Below, piece after piece: positions 63,146 through 64,000 of a DNA stretch of 64,000 nt (position 1 is its first letter; each line of letters starts with the position of its first letter). The DNA lies in assembly GCA_963752595.1 (NCBI GenBank), contig CAVVYZ010000005.1, positions 314,751 to 378,750 of the forward strand, written 5' to 3'. A program made the position numbers and the translations under genes. Below the pieces are notes generated by a model that saw nothing but the letters and a program-made list of their open reading frames with translations, had not been told where the DNA came from and ran no database searches. This stretch comes from an uncultured delta proteobacterium (GTDB taxonomy: Bacteria > Desulfobacterota > Desulfomonilia > UBA1062).

Positions 63146-64000
63146 ATGAAGCCTGCATTAAAATTCATAGCGGTTTTACTTCTTGTGACGGCATTTGCAT
63201 TTTCCGGCTGCGGTGGAGGTGGCGGAGGTGGCGGGAATGGAACCCCCATCTACACAGTGACTTATGCAGGAAACGGGAACACCGGCGGGAGCGTACCCAC
63301 TGACAGCACCAATTATCAAGAAGGAGCTGCGGTCACGGTGCTTGGAAACACCGACAATCTGCAAAGAGATGGTTATACCTTTGTCGGCTGGTGCGTAAAC
63401 GCCAGTGGAACGGGCGACAGCTACACACAGGGTCAGACCTTTATTATGGGAACCGCTGACGTTACTCTGGATGCGAAGCGGATTCCAGCCACTATCCCCA
63501 CCTACACGGTAACCTATAGCGGAAACGGGAACACCGGCGGGAGCATACCCGTTGACAGCACCAATTATCAAGAAGGAGCTGCGGTCACGGTGCTTGGAAA
63601 CACCGGCAATCTGCAAAGAGATGGTTATGCCTTTGCCAGCTGGTGCGTAAACGCCAATGGAACGGGCAGCAGCTACACGCAGGGACAGACCTTTACTATG
63701 GGAACTGCTGACGTTACTCTCATGCGAAGTGGATTCCATACAGCACAGGAATCCTTGATACAACCTTCGACACAGACGGGAAGGTCACCACACAGGTGGT
63801 GGCAGGTATTGATTTAGCCCAGGCCCTGTCCATCCAGGCTGACGGGAAGATCGTGGCGGCCGGGTATTCATATGGCTCCCCTGATGCTACTCTGGTCCGC
63901 TACAACATAAGACGGCTCTCGGGATAGAACCTTCGACGCAGACGGCATCGTCGTCAACACAACGATCGGTTCCAGTAGCCGTTTCCAGGCCCTGTCCATC
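63146..64000 (+). CDS. Surface lipoprotein with two InlB B-type (Flg_new) repeats followed by delta-60 repeats; frameshifts near 63720 and 63910; truncated by the window end
   Basis: Lipobox FSGC plus poly-Gly; YTVTY.GN..TGG...GY.F..W...VTL.A repeats; shifted frame gives GILDTTFDTDGKV...IQADGKIVAAG...LVRYN.DGS.D.TF. Confidence 0.78.
63250..63738 (+). repeat. Two tandem copies of a roughly 252-bp intragenic repeat
   Basis: Copies start at 63250 and 63502 and share long identical runs such as GACAGCACCAATTATCAAGAAGGAGCTGCGGTCACGGTGCTTGGAAACACCG. Confidence 0.9.

Noticed and set aside
1-64000. CRISPR array, prophage, retron or defence island
   Set aside because: No regularly spaced repeats, and no cas, phage structural, reverse transcriptase or known defence motifs were recognised.

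Overview
A gene-dense, mostly core chromosomal segment. Gene content (pilMNOPQ/pilBTC, folP-acpS-tsaE-lysC-cimA, TIGR03013/PrsT-like genes, GH57 pair) suggests an anaerobic Desulfobacterota ('deltaproteobacterial') genome; this is an inference. From left to right it carries: a tungstate ABC transporter (tupABC) with an excisionase-HTH/PBP regulator, a PAS kinase/sigma-54 activator pair, mtaB-polX-ecfA-DUF151, glgA, a divergent orphan dnaA, a HemN-like radical SAM enzyme resembling MenK/MqnK, type IV pilus genes in two clusters, ftsH-folP-acpS-tsaE-lysC-cimA, tRNA-Lys and tRNA-Glu, birA-valS, pfk, lpd, hisI-hisG-map, EPS/PEP-CTERM-type genes, a galT-like/GH57/GH57 alpha-glucan cluster, a complete 1.7-kb IS with a 6-bp target duplication, and the start of a repeat-rich surface lipoprotein. 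Many single-base indels split conserved genes, including the essential valS, and are most likely read or assembly errors. The best leads are: a receiver-less RomR/PopZ-like acidic scaffold upstream of valS; a DnaA paralog with an altered recognition helix and variant boxes upstream; a GalT-like protein lacking the catalytic His; a PolX lacking polymerase aspartates; and a probable methylmenaquinone synthase. No CRISPR array, prophage or defence island was seen. All family calls come from motif recognition by eye; no searches were run.
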